64,000 nt of DNA from an uncultured Pseudomonadota bacterium (GCA_964495945.1 CAZBWL010000001.1:181584-245583); one strand, 5' to 3'. Positions 37,840 to 47,936 are shown, numbered from the stretch's first letter. Numbers and translations are program-made. Notes: generated by a model from the letters alone, not told the origin.

Positions 37840-37866
37840 GCCCCATGCATTGCGTGGGGCTTTTTG
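37840..37866 (+). terminator. rho-independent terminator
   Basis: GCCCCA...TGGGGC stem followed by TTTTT. Confidence 0.5.
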
Positions 37867-37946
37867 TATCATTCTATTTTCTGGCATTGTATCGTGGTTT
37901 ATGCTATAGCTCTCATAATCTCATTTATTTAAAAAAAGGTTAGGTC

Positions 37947-38540
37947 ATGTTTGATATATTTATTCTTCTCTCTTTACTCTTTATCGTCTATACAGCGATA
38001 GAAATTATAAAAAAGCCAAATAGTTTTGTTATGCATGTGCAAGGGTTTCCCATTGTAGGATTTATGCTGTATGCCCGATTTAATGGCATGACTGATAGTG
38101 CATGGATGAACGCATTTATTATGGGTGGGCTTTTAGCTCTTATTGTGGTTCTTATGATGATTCAAAAGCGGCACCTTATGGATCGCGTGTTTTTGGGAAT
38201 TAATTTTTTTCTTATATGTGGAGCTGCAGGCTTTCTCTTTGGGATCCCTCGAATTATACAATGGTATAGCCACAGCAATGGAGCGCCATTTTTTGCATCC
38301 ATTTTTATGGTAGGGCTGCTTACCACTTTTTTTACAAAGACAGGCTTTATTGGAAAAAAAGGTGTGAGCACAGAAGCGATTCAGACAGGATCATTTTTGC
38401 TTTTGGCTGCGGCGGCGGCATGCCTTGTATGGTCTATACAAATGTCTGAATACGGCCTTCGCTATGCAGTAATCGCTCCTTTTATTCTGCTGCGGATTAT
38501 GCAGGATTGGGTTACAAAACGATGTATGGCACAAAAATAA
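37947..38540 (+). CDS. hypothetical integral membrane protein
   Basis: 197 aa with about 6 hydrophobic helices. No family recognised. Confidence 0.5.
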   Translation: MFDIFILLSLLFIVYTAIEIIKKPNSFVMHVQGFPIVGFMLYARFNGMTDSAWMNAFIMGGLLALIVVLMMIQKRHLMDRVFLGINFFLICGAAGFLFGIPRIIQWYSHSNGAPFFASIFMVGLLTTFFTKTGFIGKKGVSTEAIQTGSFLLLAAAAACLVWSIQMSEYGLRYAVIAPFILLRIMQDWVTKRCMAQK

Positions 38541-38807
38541 ATGAAGGTGAAATTTTGTGTGACGGTACTTCTTTTTGTGACATGCATGAGATCAACGGTA
38601 GATACGGGTGAAAAAAACTTGTCGAATGAAATAGTGGAATCTCATTGTTCTCTTTCTCTAGAAGAGTGCAGTCATGAATACTATAATCCCCGATGCTCTT
38701 ATTGTATTCTTCGTGAAAATTATATTCTTAGTCAAAAAGATTCTTTCGATGTCAAAACTGCCATCAGGGCTATGAAAGCCTGGCTGGGATACCGTACGCA
38801 TAAATGA
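38541..38807 (+). CDS. hypothetical small secreted protein
   Basis: 88 aa with signal-like MKVKFCVTVLLFVTCM. It starts immediately after the previous stop. Confidence 0.35.
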   Translation: MKVKFCVTVLLFVTCMRSTVDTGEKNLSNEIVESHCSLSLEECSHEYYNPRCSYCILRENYILSQKDSFDVKTAIRAMKAWLGYRTHK

Positions 38808-38925
38808 CTATGTCATTATGGGTTGTATTACGATCAGTGAATGGTATTAATAATGGATCCCTCATGAAAAAAGTGGTACAGTGGATTATGTTTTATAGTG
38901 AAATAACTATATCAAGAGAGGCATA

Positions 38926-39384
38926 ATGAAACAGTATACGATAGTATCTATTATGATGGCGCTTGTAGTAGGGGGAATATTTTTCACGAATCAGGCGCAA
39001 AAAACAACGAGGTCATCAATGCAAAATCATTCTTCTGGATTACAATCTCTTATTATAAAAGAGGCCCCTGCAGGAGCAAGGCAGGCGAAGGCTGGCACGA
39101 TAGCGACAGTTCATTATACCGGATGGCTGTATGATGCCTCAAAGCCCGATTTAAAGGGTAAAAAATTTGATAGCAGCGTAGATCGAGGGCAGCCTTTTCA
39201 GTTCAATCTTGGAGCTGGAATGGTGATACGAGGCTGGGATGAGGGGGTAGCGCTTATGAAGGTAGGGGAAACTCGTAGGCTTATAATCCCGGCAGCATTA
39301 GGGTATGGATCGCGTGGGGCTGGCGCAATTATCCCCCCAAACGCCACGCTCGTATTTGATGTAGAGCTTTTAAAGCTTCAGTAG
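38926..39384 (+). CDS. FKBP-type peptidyl-prolyl cis-trans isomerase
   Basis: VHYTGWL...[28 protein letters not shown]...[14 protein letters not shown], with an N-terminal anchor. Confidence 0.88.
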   Translation: MKQYTIVSIMMALVVGGIFFTNQAQKTTRSSMQNHSSGLQSLIIKEAPAGARQAKAGTIATVHYTGWLYDASKPDLKGKKFDSSVDRGQPFQFNLGAGMVIRGWDEGVALMKVGETRRLIIPAALGYGSRGAGAIIPPNATLVFDVELLKLQ

Positions 39385-39387
39385 ATT

Positions 39388-39417
39388 AAAAAGCCTTGTT
39401 TTTCAAGGCTTTTTTTT
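39388..39417 (+). terminator. rho-independent terminator
   Basis: aaaaagccttg-ttttt-caaggcttttttt. Confidence 0.65.
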
Positions 39418-39465
39418 GGTAGGATGATTGATATAAACCATATTATTACCTTATAGGGGGATTCT

Positions 39466-39810
39466 ATGAAAAAGCTTATATCAGTGATTGTTCTTTTATG
39501 CCCACTTTTTATGATGGGCAGCTGGAAAAGCAAAGCAGAAAAGTTGATAAAAGATTTTACGGGCGGAACATATAGTTATACAACAAGTCCACAGTTAGCT
39601 TCTGCTGTAAAAAATCACCTTTTACATCCTGATACTAAAAAAAACGCGATGGATCTGTTGAATGAAGTTGACAAAAGAATTGATAAGCAAGAAGACAACA
39701 TGAAAAAATTTGGATCGGTCAAACAACGTGGTCATGGCCAAGAGTTGTATTTATCCAATTTACTTGAGGCGCAAACATGGCTTCGGCAAGGTTTGCGTAA
39801 CGCTCGCTAA
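39466..39810 (+). CDS. hypothetical small secreted protein
   Basis: 114 aa with signal peptide MKKLISVIVLLCPLFMMG. An upstream GGGGGA serves as RBS. Confidence 0.4.
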   Translation: MKKLISVIVLLCPLFMMGSWKSKAEKLIKDFTGGTYSYTTSPQLASAVKNHLLHPDTKKNAMDLLNEVDKRIDKQEDNMKKFGSVKQRGHGQELYLSNLLEAQTWLRQGLRNAR

Positions 39811-39830
39811 GTTTTCATAAAATATTTCAA

Positions 39831-39866
39831 AGGGGCCTTCTGGCGTGCGCTGGAAGGCCTTTTTTA
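39831..39866 (+). terminator. rho-independent terminator
   Basis: GGCCTTC..GAAGGCC stem with an internal bulge, followed by TTTTT. Confidence 0.5.
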
Positions 39867-39971
39867 TTACGGATGTGTGATTTTACTTGAAATGCTGCTT
39901 ATTTCAAGTATTATGAAAATATAGTAAAAAAAGGCCATAGCGGCCTTGTCTGTTTTATAGGGGGTTTTTTC

Positions 39972-40436
39972 ATGAAACAATATGTTCTCATCATTGCTAT
40001 GGTTTCTTTTGGATCTGTAGCGGGAATGCACAGTCGTAATCCGCAAAAAATTGCTATCTGGCAAGATACGAGTGAGTGGTTTAAATTAAGCACTCGCGGG
40101 ATTCGTCTTCCTCGTGTTTACAAACAATATGTTTTGTCAAAGAGTCTTGAAGGTACTATGGCTGGGGAGGATCAGACTAAATATCTTGAGAATCTACTGA
40201 AATCAGTTCCCATGGACCAATTGAATGAGTCAAATCGTCAAGCAATTGAAGAGATAAAGCGTGGTTGCACATTCGGTTCTCCAGAATGGAGACGAGCTAT
40301 GAATGCAAGCCTTTGGGTGTCTCAATCTGAGCGTATGCTTCTTGAATCTCAATATAAAAGCAAGCATGCAACATCAAAAGTAAAAGAGCATGAATTAACG
40401 CAACATCAAAAAGATGTTCTTAAAAAGATGCGCTAA
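39972..40436 (+). CDS. hypothetical secreted protein
   Basis: 154 aa with signal peptide MKQYVLIIAMVSFGSVAG. Confidence 0.4.
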   Translation: MKQYVLIIAMVSFGSVAGMHSRNPQKIAIWQDTSEWFKLSTRGIRLPRVYKQYVLSKSLEGTMAGEDQTKYLENLLKSVPMDQLNESNRQAIEEIKRGCTFGSPEWRRAMNASLWVSQSERMLLESQYKSKHATSKVKEHELTQHQKDVLKKMR

Positions 40437-40501
40437 ATAGAGAGCGATATTTTTACTCAAAAAATTTTTAATTTTTCTATTCAATATGGGGGTTTTTCAA
40501 T

Positions 40502-40765
40502 ATGAATTCAGTACGATATATGTCTTTTTTTCTTGTAGTATTCGGGTGCTGTGGTATTCAAGCAGCCGATGATGTTGCTCTTGATCTTTTGAATCGTGGA
40601 GTCGCTATTGCTCGTGGATTGCGTGGTGTCAAAAAGGACGAAAAACTACGTATTGTTTTACAAAAAAAACAAGCAGAGTTGAAAAGAAAAGAAGAAAAAC
40701 AAGCTAAAAAAAGAGCTAAAGCAGAATATGCGAGAAAAATGGCGATCTTAAGAAAGATGCGTTAA
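40502..40765 (+). CDS. hypothetical small secreted K/R-rich protein
   Basis: 87 aa with a signal peptide and a lysine-rich helical tail, KKQAELKRKEEKQAKKRAKAEYARK. Confidence 0.4.
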   Translation: MNSVRYMSFFLVVFGCCGIQAADDVALDLLNRGVAIARGLRGVKKDEKLRIVLQKKQAELKRKEEKQAKKRAKAEYARKMAILRKMR

Positions 40766-40782
40766 ATAAAAATATGTTGTTT

Positions 40783-40812
40783 AAAAAGAGAGCTTTAAGG
40801 CTCTCTTTTTTT
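40783..40812 (+). terminator. rho-independent terminator
   Basis: aaaaagagagc-loop-gctctcttttttt. Confidence 0.6.
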
Positions 40813-40822
40813 GTGGGGTATT

Positions 40823-41350
40823 ATGAAATTATATGCATTGCTTATTGGTTTGTTTTTTGATTACGGAGCCCATATTGACGGGCATTCTCCTTTTAAAGCG
40901 AAAGAATCCGCCTCAAAAAGCGTAGGTCAAGCGCTTGAATATAAAGGAATGAATGCAGGATGGATGGTTTCGATTGCTGCGGGATTTTCATATAAAAATG
41001 GGCGCATGCTCACACAAAAAGAACGAGAATGGCTTTTGAGTGAATTGAATTCATATTCTCAATTTGCTAATCGAGAAGTAGATTGTATCAAATGTTTTCC
41101 AATGTCTGAAAATGATTTTGCGCCAAACCAGTATGAGATTGGAATAAAGGTTACGCCTCAGCAGATTAGAATGGGGATGCTCAAAAACATCAATACAGAT
41201 GATTTTAAAGATAGCACATCTTTTGAGGATTATGCGCGTAAGGTTCAACACATAGTGCAGACAAAAAAAATTATTTCTATGGATGAATTATGGAAAATCT
41301 ACCATAAGAATATGAAAAGAGCTGCGGGTGAGCTCAAAAAGATCCGATAG
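40823..41350 (+). CDS. hypothetical secreted protein
   Basis: Start moved from the TTG at 40811, which lies inside the terminator T-run, to the ATG at 40823 (MKLYALLIGLFF). Confidence 0.45.
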   Translation: MKLYALLIGLFFDYGAHIDGHSPFKAKESASKSVGQALEYKGMNAGWMVSIAAGFSYKNGRMLTQKEREWLLSELNSYSQFANREVDCIKCFPMSENDFAPNQYEIGIKVTPQQIRMGMLKNINTDDFKDSTSFEDYARKVQHIVQTKKIISMDELWKIYHKNMKRAAGELKKIR

Positions 41351-41366
41351 TGCTTGACATGCAACA

Positions 41367-41394
41367 AAAAAGAGCTGTATTTGCAGCTCTTTTT
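41367..41394. terminator. bidirectional rho-independent terminator
   Basis: aaaaagagctg-tatttg-cagctcttttt, between convergent genes (the hypothetical gene and alaS). Confidence 0.6.
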
Positions 41395-41416
41395 CTTTAT
41401 TACACGAAAATTGATC

Positions 41417-44014
41417 TTATATATTTGACCTGAGCCATTGTGTAATAGCATCTTTCCATGAGACATCAAATTTGCCTCCTCCGCCCTGAAGTGAGCCGTC
41501 TTTTCCTCCGCCTCGAAGTCCGAGTGAATCTTTTGCCCATTCGCCAAAATTTTTCAAATTCAAGGCCGTTGTGCATGAAGCGTGGAGGGTTGCTAGGAAT
41601 GAGGTGCGGCTATTTCCAGTATCGCTGATAAGCATGTAAAATCCCGGGCGCTTTGATTGTAGTATTTGAGCGATTGTGCGCATATCATCATGCTCAGCAT
41701 GATTAAGTTTAATAAATCCAAAAGCTAGAGATCCGATATTCGTAATCTCTTTTTCCCATTCAGAAATATGCGCATGAAGCTGCTGTTGCTTTAACGATTT
41801 GATTTCTTTAAGTGCATTCTTGAGCTCAACAGATTGTTTTTCAACCATTTCTAGGATCTGTTCGCGTGGAACATTAAAGTGAAGGCTTAGATTTTTTGTC
41901 GTGCTGAATGTATCTTGAAAGAGATCGATTGCTTTTGGGCCAGTCAAGGCGACAATACGGCGATGCCCAGCGGAAATGGATGAAACGTCTGTGATTTTAA
42001 ATGCTCCAATATCACCGGTTCGATTAACGTGTGTTCCTCCGCACAGTTCCATCGAGAATCCCGGAACGTTTACGATGCGAACATCTTCGGGATTGTATTT
42101 TTCGCCAAAAAATGCGAGTACGCCCTGCTCAATTGCCTCTTTATACGTTTTATATTCGATAGAGACGGGAATATTTTCACGAATCTTAGCATTTACAAGA
42201 TCTTCCACTTTTTTAATATCATCAGAGCTTACATTTTGATGATAGGTAAAATCGAATCGCAAATAATCGGGGTGTACAAGTGAGCCGGATTGCTTGATCT
42301 GTTTTCCAAAAAGTTCAATAAGCGCAGCCTGCAAAAGATGCGTCGCGGTATGATTTTTCATGGCATTCGTTCGCCATGTTTTATCAACTATACTCACAAC
42401 GGCATCGCCGATTTTTAAATCGATTGGGGCTTTAATTTCAGCTGCTATGCGGCCATTGATATACCGAACATGTGAAATAGGCGTTTTTATAGTGCCAAAT
42501 TGAAGCCACCCTTGATCAGGTACTTGGCCTCCGCCCACAATGAAAAAGGGTGCTTTTTCAGATAACACATATACAGTGTCGCCTTTTGAAATGCGTTGGA
42601 CTGATGTGCCGTCTTTAATGAGGGCATTGATTCGAGAGTGTGTTTCAAGCTCGTGATATCCGGTAAAGGCTGTTTGTACTGCCTCTGGAAGATCTATATG
42701 ATCAAGCAGGTCAGCCATTTTTTTACCCGATTGCGCCTGTTGTTTTTCCATCTCAGTTTCAAAGCCCTTCATATCGACAGTATATCCCTTTTCACGAGCA
42801 CGAGCATGAACAAGCTCTACAGGAAAACCATAGGTGTCATACAATTTGAAGGCTTGGGATCCGCTTATTTTTTTTGATTGCGCATTTTCTTGAAAGTACT
42901 GTTCAAGTATTAGTTGTCCTCGATCAAGGTTGATTGAGAACTTTTCAATTTCACTCGTAAGAATTTGAACAATGAGCGCTTCATTCTCTTTCAGCTCAGG
43001 ATATATGGCTTCAAATTCTTTAATTACCACTTTTGCAAGCTCAGGAAAGATATTCTCTTTGGTAAGCTTGCGCGCAAAAAGTGCACCGCGGCGAATAATT
43101 TTTCGAAGAACATATCCGCGTCCTTCATTTGAAGGGGCGCCCCCATCGGCAATAATCATGGTCGAAGATCGAATATGATCTGCAAGTACGCGAAACGCAG
43201 CCTTTATTTCTGCTGAAGAATCGTAGTGCACGCCAGTCAAAGCTTCTGTTTTTTTAATGATGGGCATAAAGAGGTCAGTTTCATATACGGAGTCGACATT
43301 CTGCATGATCGTGGCCAATCGTTCAAGGCCCATACCTGTATCAACGCCTGTATGCTTGAGATGCTTGAGCTCACCGTTAGCTTGCTGATCGAACTGCATA
43401 AATACGAGATTCCATATTTCTAAAAAGCGATCGCAATCGCATGCTGGTCCGCATGGCTCTGCACAGCCATGCTCGGGGCCGCGATCAATAAAAATTTCTG
43501 TACATGGCCCGCATGGGCCTACATCGCCCATCTGCCAAAAATTATCTTTTTTCCCAAGGCGGTGAATTTTTTCTTTGGGAATGCCGACCTGTTTGTTCCA
43601 AATTTCAAATGATTCATCATCGGTTTCATACACGGATGTGTGGAGCTTTTCCTTGGGAAGGTTCATTGATTGTGTCACAAATTCCCATGCCCATACAATG
43701 GCCTCTTTTTTAAAGTAGTCGCCAAATGAAAAATTTCCCATCATTTCAAAAAATGTAAGGTGGCGCTTGGTAAATCCGACATTATCAAGATCATTGTGCT
43801 TGCCGCCAGCGCGTACGCATTTTTGAATGCTTACTGCCCGGGCATAACTCCGTTTTTCTTTACCTAAAAAGACGTCCTTGAATTGATTCATTCCTGCATT
43901 TGCAAAAAGGATCGTAGGATCCTGGGCGGGAATAAGCGAAGAACTTGGCACTAATGTGTGGCCCCGTTTATTAAAAAAATCAAAAAATAAGCGACGAATT
44001 TCTGATGATTTCAT
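41417..44014 (-). CDS. alaS: alanine--tRNA ligase
   Basis: 865 aa. N-terminus FFDFFNKRGHTLVPSSSLIP, class II core, editing-domain HxxxH (HTATHLL) and CGGTH motifs, and a C-terminal DHHA1-like region. Confidence 0.95.
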   Translation of the reverse strand: MKSSEIRRLFFDFFNKRGHTLVPSSSLIPAQDPTILFANAGMNQFKDVFLGKEKRSYARAVSIQKCVRAGGKHNDLDNVGFTKRHLTFFEMMGNFSFGDYFKKEAIVWAWEFVTQSMNLPKEKLHTSVYETDDESFEIWNKQVGIPKEKIHRLGKKDNFWQMGDVGPCGPCTEIFIDRGPEHGCAEPCGPACDCDRFLEIWNLVFMQFDQQANGELKHLKHTGVDTGMGLERLATIMQNVDSVYETDLFMPIIKKTEALTGVHYDSSAEIKAAFRVLADHIRSSTMIIADGGAPSNEGRGYVLRKIIRRGALFARKLTKENIFPELAKVVIKEFEAIYPELKENEALIVQILTSEIEKFSINLDRGQLILEQYFQENAQSKKISGSQAFKLYDTYGFPVELVHARAREKGYTVDMKGFETEMEKQQAQSGKKMADLLDHIDLPEAVQTAFTGYHELETHSRINALIKDGTSVQRISKGDTVYVLSEKAPFFIVGGGQVPDQGWLQFGTIKTPISHVRYINGRIAAEIKAPIDLKIGDAVVSIVDKTWRTNAMKNHTATHLLQAALIELFGKQIKQSGSLVHPDYLRFDFTYHQNVSSDDIKKVEDLVNAKIRENIPVSIEYKTYKEAIEQGVLAFFGEKYNPEDVRIVNVPGFSMELCGGTHVNRTGDIGAFKITDVSSISAGHRRIVALTGPKAIDLFQDTFSTTKNLSLHFNVPREQILEMVEKQSVELKNALKEIKSLKQQQLHAHISEWEKEITNIGSLAFGFIKLNHAEHDDMRTIAQILQSKRPGFYMLISDTGNSRTSFLATLHASCTTALNLKNFGEWAKDSLGLRGGGKDGSLQGGGGKFDVSWKDAITQWLRSNI

Positions 44015-44159
44015 GCATGTCCTTTTAGATAAAAGCTCTTTGTAAGGGTACCATTTTTTGCATATAAGTGAAATTGATTCTTATTGATATACACGAAAAA
44101 AAACCTGCACAAGGCAGGCTTTCTGCGAATCGCTTAATTTTAGATTCTCTTACTATTGA

Positions 44160-45077
44160 TCAATTTTCCAAAACCCTTTCTCTAAAAGCCTCCCATTTTT
44201 CTTGCGTGATGTCATGAGGCTCTAATTGCGGGGAAAGAGGAGGTGTGTCTTCCCCTTCTTTCATATCTTTTTTGGAGACATGAGACCTTTTCAGATTTTC
44301 AGGCTTTAATAGTACTAGTTGTATTGAAGGAAGAGAAAGTTTATTTTCTTTTAGTAAGCGTAAAGCATCTTGAACAACTGTTGTGTTTTCTGCGGGCTTT
44401 TTAAATGTTTCATTCTTGGTATCTGTAGGTAAATGTTCAATGAGTCGCTTTGCTCGTTTTACCCTCGTGTGGTATTTTTTCGGGAGGGGTTGTTTTTTGT
44501 GGACATCAACGGTTTTTTCGAGAGGAGTATCTTCATCCAGTAGGTTTTTAAATGCGTTCCAATCTTCCTTGGTGACGAAGTATGCCGGGTCTTCAAGTGG
44601 CGATAGTTCTATTGGAGAAAGGGTACTTGGTACTTGCTTTTGTATAATATCGGGAATGATAATGGGGTATTTTTCTTGCATTTCTAAAGTAGAGGCAGGT
44701 ATTGCTGAATTTTCAGGGTTAATTTCTTTATGTGCAACAGGATCAAATTTTGATCCTTTCCATTTTAATGAATGCCTGGTGTTGGTGAGTGGCTCGAGCT
44801 TAGATTGAGTCGGCTTGGTCGGTTTTCTTTTGGTTTTAGAATTAGATTTCTTTTTTAATGGAGCAAGCGCGGGTTTTTTTTCTTGATTAAACATGAATTT
44901 GACTGCAGAGGTCAATTCTTCATTTCGCTTTGTCAATTTACCATCAGGGCGCTTTTTGTATTCTTTTCGTATTGGTCTCTCGGCAAGGTTTTTTTTGAGA
45001 GGAGCATCGTTTGGATTCATTGAAAAAGATGTAGATGCTATACAAAGAAGAGTGCTAATAAGCAACTTTAAAATCAT
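44160..45077 (-). CDS. hypothetical secreted lysine/proline-rich protein
   Basis: 305 aa with a signal peptide and long basic tracts (KKKSNSKTKRKPTKPTQSK). Two internal copies of an L-P..D...E.W.AF motif are present. Confidence 0.5.
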   Translation of the reverse strand: MILKLLISTLLCIASTSFSMNPNDAPLKKNLAERPIRKEYKKRPDGKLTKRNEELTSAVKFMFNQEKKPALAPLKKKSNSKTKRKPTKPTQSKLEPLTNTRHSLKWKGSKFDPVAHKEINPENSAIPASTLEMQEKYPIIIPDIIQKQVPSTLSPIELSPLEDPAYFVTKEDWNAFKNLLDEDTPLEKTVDVHKKQPLPKKYHTRVKRAKRLIEHLPTDTKNETFKKPAENTTVVQDALRLLKENKLSLPSIQLVLLKPENLKRSHVSKKDMKEGEDTPPLSPQLEPHDITQEKWEAFRERVLEN

Positions 45078-45091
45078 AATGTCCCCTATTA

Positions 45092-45625
45092 TTAATTCTG
45101 ATTTATCTTAGCATTTTCGCTGAATGCTTTAAATGTTTGTATCAGACTGGATACATCATAATTATCATGATCTTTTTTGGGCTCTAGTATATTATTATAT
45201 TGATCTAAAACGTGCTCAGAATGCGATCTATTGGAATCTTTATGTATTTTCTCGTTGCAGCCATTAGAATCGAATGATAGATGTGTTTCGTTCCATGATG
45301 TATTAATCTTATGTTGTATCAATTCGGAAACGTGGGCATTTTTTTGTGCTAAATGTTTGCCAAATGAGGCACTATTTTGATTCTGACTATCGAGTGGGCG
45401 ATAAGCGGGAGCCTTTTTATGTTTTAGGTCTTTTTTTACGAGGGTTGATAGTTCGACATTTCTGTTAGATGTTGCGCGACCGTTTTTTTTCTTTGATGCT
45501 GTGTTTTGCGTCTTTTTTTGTTTAACGATTTTTGAGACAGGTATCGTATCGCTGGCTGATATAATTGATGAGAAAATAAGAGCGCAGGCTAAAAATAACC
45601 GTTGTGTATGCATAAGAACCTCCAT
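45092..45625 (-). CDS. hypothetical secreted basic protein
   Basis: 177 aa with a signal peptide and a basic N-terminal region, KQKKTQNTASKKKNGRATSNRNVELSTLVKK. Confidence 0.45.
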   Translation of the reverse strand: MEVLMHTQRLFLACALIFSSIISASDTIPVSKIVKQKKTQNTASKKKNGRATSNRNVELSTLVKKDLKHKKAPAYRPLDSQNQNSASFGKHLAQKNAHVSELIQHKINTSWNETHLSFDSNGCNEKIHKDSNRSHSEHVLDQYNNILEPKKDHDNYDVSSLIQTFKAFSENAKINQN

Positions 45626-45660
45626 GAAAAGATAAATGTTGGATAGTAGAGAGATAGTTG

Positions 45661-45951
45661 TTACTGATTGTCTGGGTTTACAATGTAGGGAATAGCCATT
45701 TTATCTTGGTATTGCTCAACTTTATCTTGGTATTGCTCAACAGCTTGTTGTGTTATGTCAAAAAGACTAAATTTCCATTTTACCACATCAGTAAGGGCAT
45801 CATTTTTTAGTACTGCCTTAGAGGACTTTCCCCTCTTATTGATTTTTGTTGAGCTAGTTTTTGTGGGTGATACGGTATGCGCCTTTTTGCCAGCATATGC
45901 GACAGATGAGATAGCAAAACAACACAACAGGAATAACCGATTTATAACCAT
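45661..45951 (-). CDS. hypothetical secreted basic protein
   Basis: 96 aa with signal peptide MVINRLFLLCCFAISSVAYA. It contains the VEQYQDK VEQYQDK repeat. Confidence 0.45.
   Translation of the reverse strand: MVINRLFLLCCFAISSVAYAGKKAHTVSPTKTSSTKINKRGKSSKAVLKNDALTDVVKWKFSLFDITQQAVEQYQDKVEQYQDKMAIPYIVNPDNQ
45700..45741. repeat. perfect 21-bp tandem duplication (2 copies)
   Basis: tttatcttggtattgctcaac occurs twice back to back. It is in frame within 45661..45951 and encodes the duplicated VEQYQDK. Confidence 0.9.
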
Positions 45952-46006
45952 GAAACCTCCAGAAAGATTAAAAACGTATAATAAAACAGTATATCTTTTT
46001 ACTGTT

Positions 46007-46498
46007 TTACGTCAAAAAAGAGCTGATAAATTCATCGTAGTGCTGATTATTGATCGCTTCCAATTCGGGATCGGGATCTGGTTCTAAATCGAGATATACA
46101 ATATGCTCTTGTTGAGAATTATGGGGATTGAAAAGAACAGGCTTCCTAGTGGGGGACGGGGGATTGTGAAAATCTGTTGGGTTAGAAGACATATCAGGAT
46201 CAATTTCTGGATTATGTATTGCTTTAAGGGCATGATATATATGATAATATTGCATTTCAACATCTGATATTTGATTTGGATTGTTGAATTCAAATCTACA
46301 GGCTTTTGCGATACGACTTAGCTCTTTATTGGCCTTTGTGGCTGGAGGCGTAGTGCATTGGGATGGGTCAGCTGGTTGAAAATCGTTGAAATCATGTATC
46401 AGCTTCTCTAAAGAGACATAGCTGTTTTTTTTGAAAAGTTGAGGGCTCATAGCATATGAGCTTATAGAAATAAATATGAGCAGAAAAAGTATATGCAT
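46007..46498 (-). CDS. hypothetical secreted protein
   Basis: 163 aa with signal peptide MHILFLLIFISISSYA and a Pro/Asp-rich C-terminal half. Confidence 0.45.
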   Translation of the reverse strand: MHILFLLIFISISSYAMSPQLFKKNSYVSLEKLIHDFNDFQPADPSQCTTPPATKANKELSRIAKACRFEFNNPNQISDVEMQYYHIYHALKAIHNPEIDPDMSSNPTDFHNPPSPTRKPVLFNPHNSQQEHIVYLDLEPDPDPELEAINNQHYDEFISSFLT

Positions 46499-46510
46499 AG
46501 CTGTAAACTT

Positions 46511-47263
46511 TCATGAAAGTAATGTTTGATAGAGCGCTATTGATCCTGCGATGGCAGCATTGAGGCTTTCTGTCCCGCCTGGCATTGGAAGAGTAAGAAG
46601 CTGATCGCAATCTGAAAGCCATTCGTGAGGGATACCATGCGCCTCGGATCCGATAACAATGAGCAGATTTTTTTGTACGATCTCCTGAGGTTTTTTACCT
46701 CCTGAAATCACCAGGGCTGTGAGTGCGATGCTTTTTTTATGGTCAACCAGCTCTTTCCATGAGCATTCAAAAATATGTACCATCCCGACCGTTCCTGCAG
46801 ATGCTTGTATAGCTTTTGGACTATATGGATCGGCCCCATCGATGCATACAACTGTTTTGTATCCAAGCGCTGCTGTAGTGCGAATGAGCGTTCCAACGTT
46901 TCCCGGATCTCCAACGCATGCGAGTACTATTCCCGCACCTAATCTATCCAAGGATGGCGTGGGCGGTTTTTTAAATTGACCAATCATGCCGCTCGGTTGC
47001 GCGGAGCTACTGAGCTTGAGCATTACCGAATCGGGTACGATGACAATATTATTATCTGCCACAGAGGATGGAACACTATCTTTATGATCGAGTGTCACAA
47101 AAAGATGAAGAAGATGGGCACTGTGCTCAATGAGCGTAATGCACGTACGCACCCCCTCCGCGATGTATTCCTGATGGAGATCGCGGTATTTTTTGTGCGT
47201 AAGGCTCGAAACATGTTTTATAAGTTCATTTGAGCGTGATGTAATTGTCTTCATGGCCCTCAT
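46511..47263 (-). CDS. SpoU/TrmH-family RNA 2'-O-methyltransferase
   Basis: 250 aa. DPGNVGTLIRTAAALG, LVIGSEAHGI and the LNAAIAGSIALY motifs of the SPOUT class. Confidence 0.8.
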   Translation of the reverse strand: MRAMKTITSRSNELIKHVSSLTHKKYRDLHQEYIAEGVRTCITLIEHSAHLLHLFVTLDHKDSVPSSVADNNIVIVPDSVMLKLSSSAQPSGMIGQFKKPPTPSLDRLGAGIVLACVGDPGNVGTLIRTTAALGYKTVVCIDGADPYSPKAIQASAGTVGMVHIFECSWKELVDHKKSIALTALVISGGKKPQEIVQKNLLIVIGSEAHGIPHEWLSDCDQLLTLPMPGGTESLNAAIAGSIALYQTLLS

Positions 47264-47312
47264 TATATCAAAAAAATTGCCTCAATTCTATTGTCTATTC
47301 TGAATATTTCAT

Positions 47313-47936
47313 TTATTTAAAAAGACTTTTTATTGTTTTTTGATATGCCCTAACGTTTTCATTCATGAAAGCGATATGATGCTTTATATCGCTATTATTA
47401 ATACAAGATATATGGTGCTCAACTCCTTTTTTATATGGGGTGTATTGATTTTTTGGGGTTCGAAAGCAATGGGTGTTTGTGAATGCGACGATGTGCCCAT
47501 TTTCATCAAAGCAGATAGCGACGATGTTTTCATTGGCGCATTGCTTTGTTGTGGTAGTGTTCTTTTCAAGATCAAAAAGGGTATAGTTGCCGTCTTCTCT
47601 TCCTGCCAGTATATAGTTGGGCAGCTGTGATAGGTCAATGGCTGTGATTTTTGAATGACACTCAGGATCGCTTAGGGTTTGAGTATTTTTTTTTGAAGGT
47701 TGATCTGAGGTTGAGCTGGCTTTGTTGGATGGTTTAGAGCTGTATACAATAACGCTAAATGGATCATGGGTATCCTGATCATGCAGCCTTCTGGGCCAAA
47801 ATGAGAAAGTATAATTTTTATGTGATAACGTTCCTTCATTTGGAATATAGCTGAGCGTTAATGCTTCCTCTTTCATGCCGCAAGCCATGCCTCCAGATAA
47901 TAAAATCCCTATATAGAGCCATTTTTTCATTGCCAA
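47313..47936 (-). CDS. hypothetical secreted protein
   Basis: 207 aa with a lipoprotein-like N-terminus, MKKWLYIGILLSGGMAC. Confidence 0.45.
   Translation of the reverse strand: MAMKKWLYIGILLSGGMACGMKEEALTLSYIPNEGTLSHKNYTFSFWPRRLHDQDTHDPFSVIVYSSKPSNKASSTSDQPSKKNTQTLSDPECHSKITAIDLSQLPNYILAGREDGNYTLFDLEKNTTTTKQCANENIVAICFDENGHIVAFTNTHCFRTPKNQYTPYKKGVEHHISCINNSDIKHHIAFMNENVRAYQKTIKSLFK

Noticed and set aside
40811-40822. TTG start for ORF 40811..41350.
   Set aside because: It lies within the T-run of the preceding terminator. The ATG at 40823 gives a normal signal peptide.
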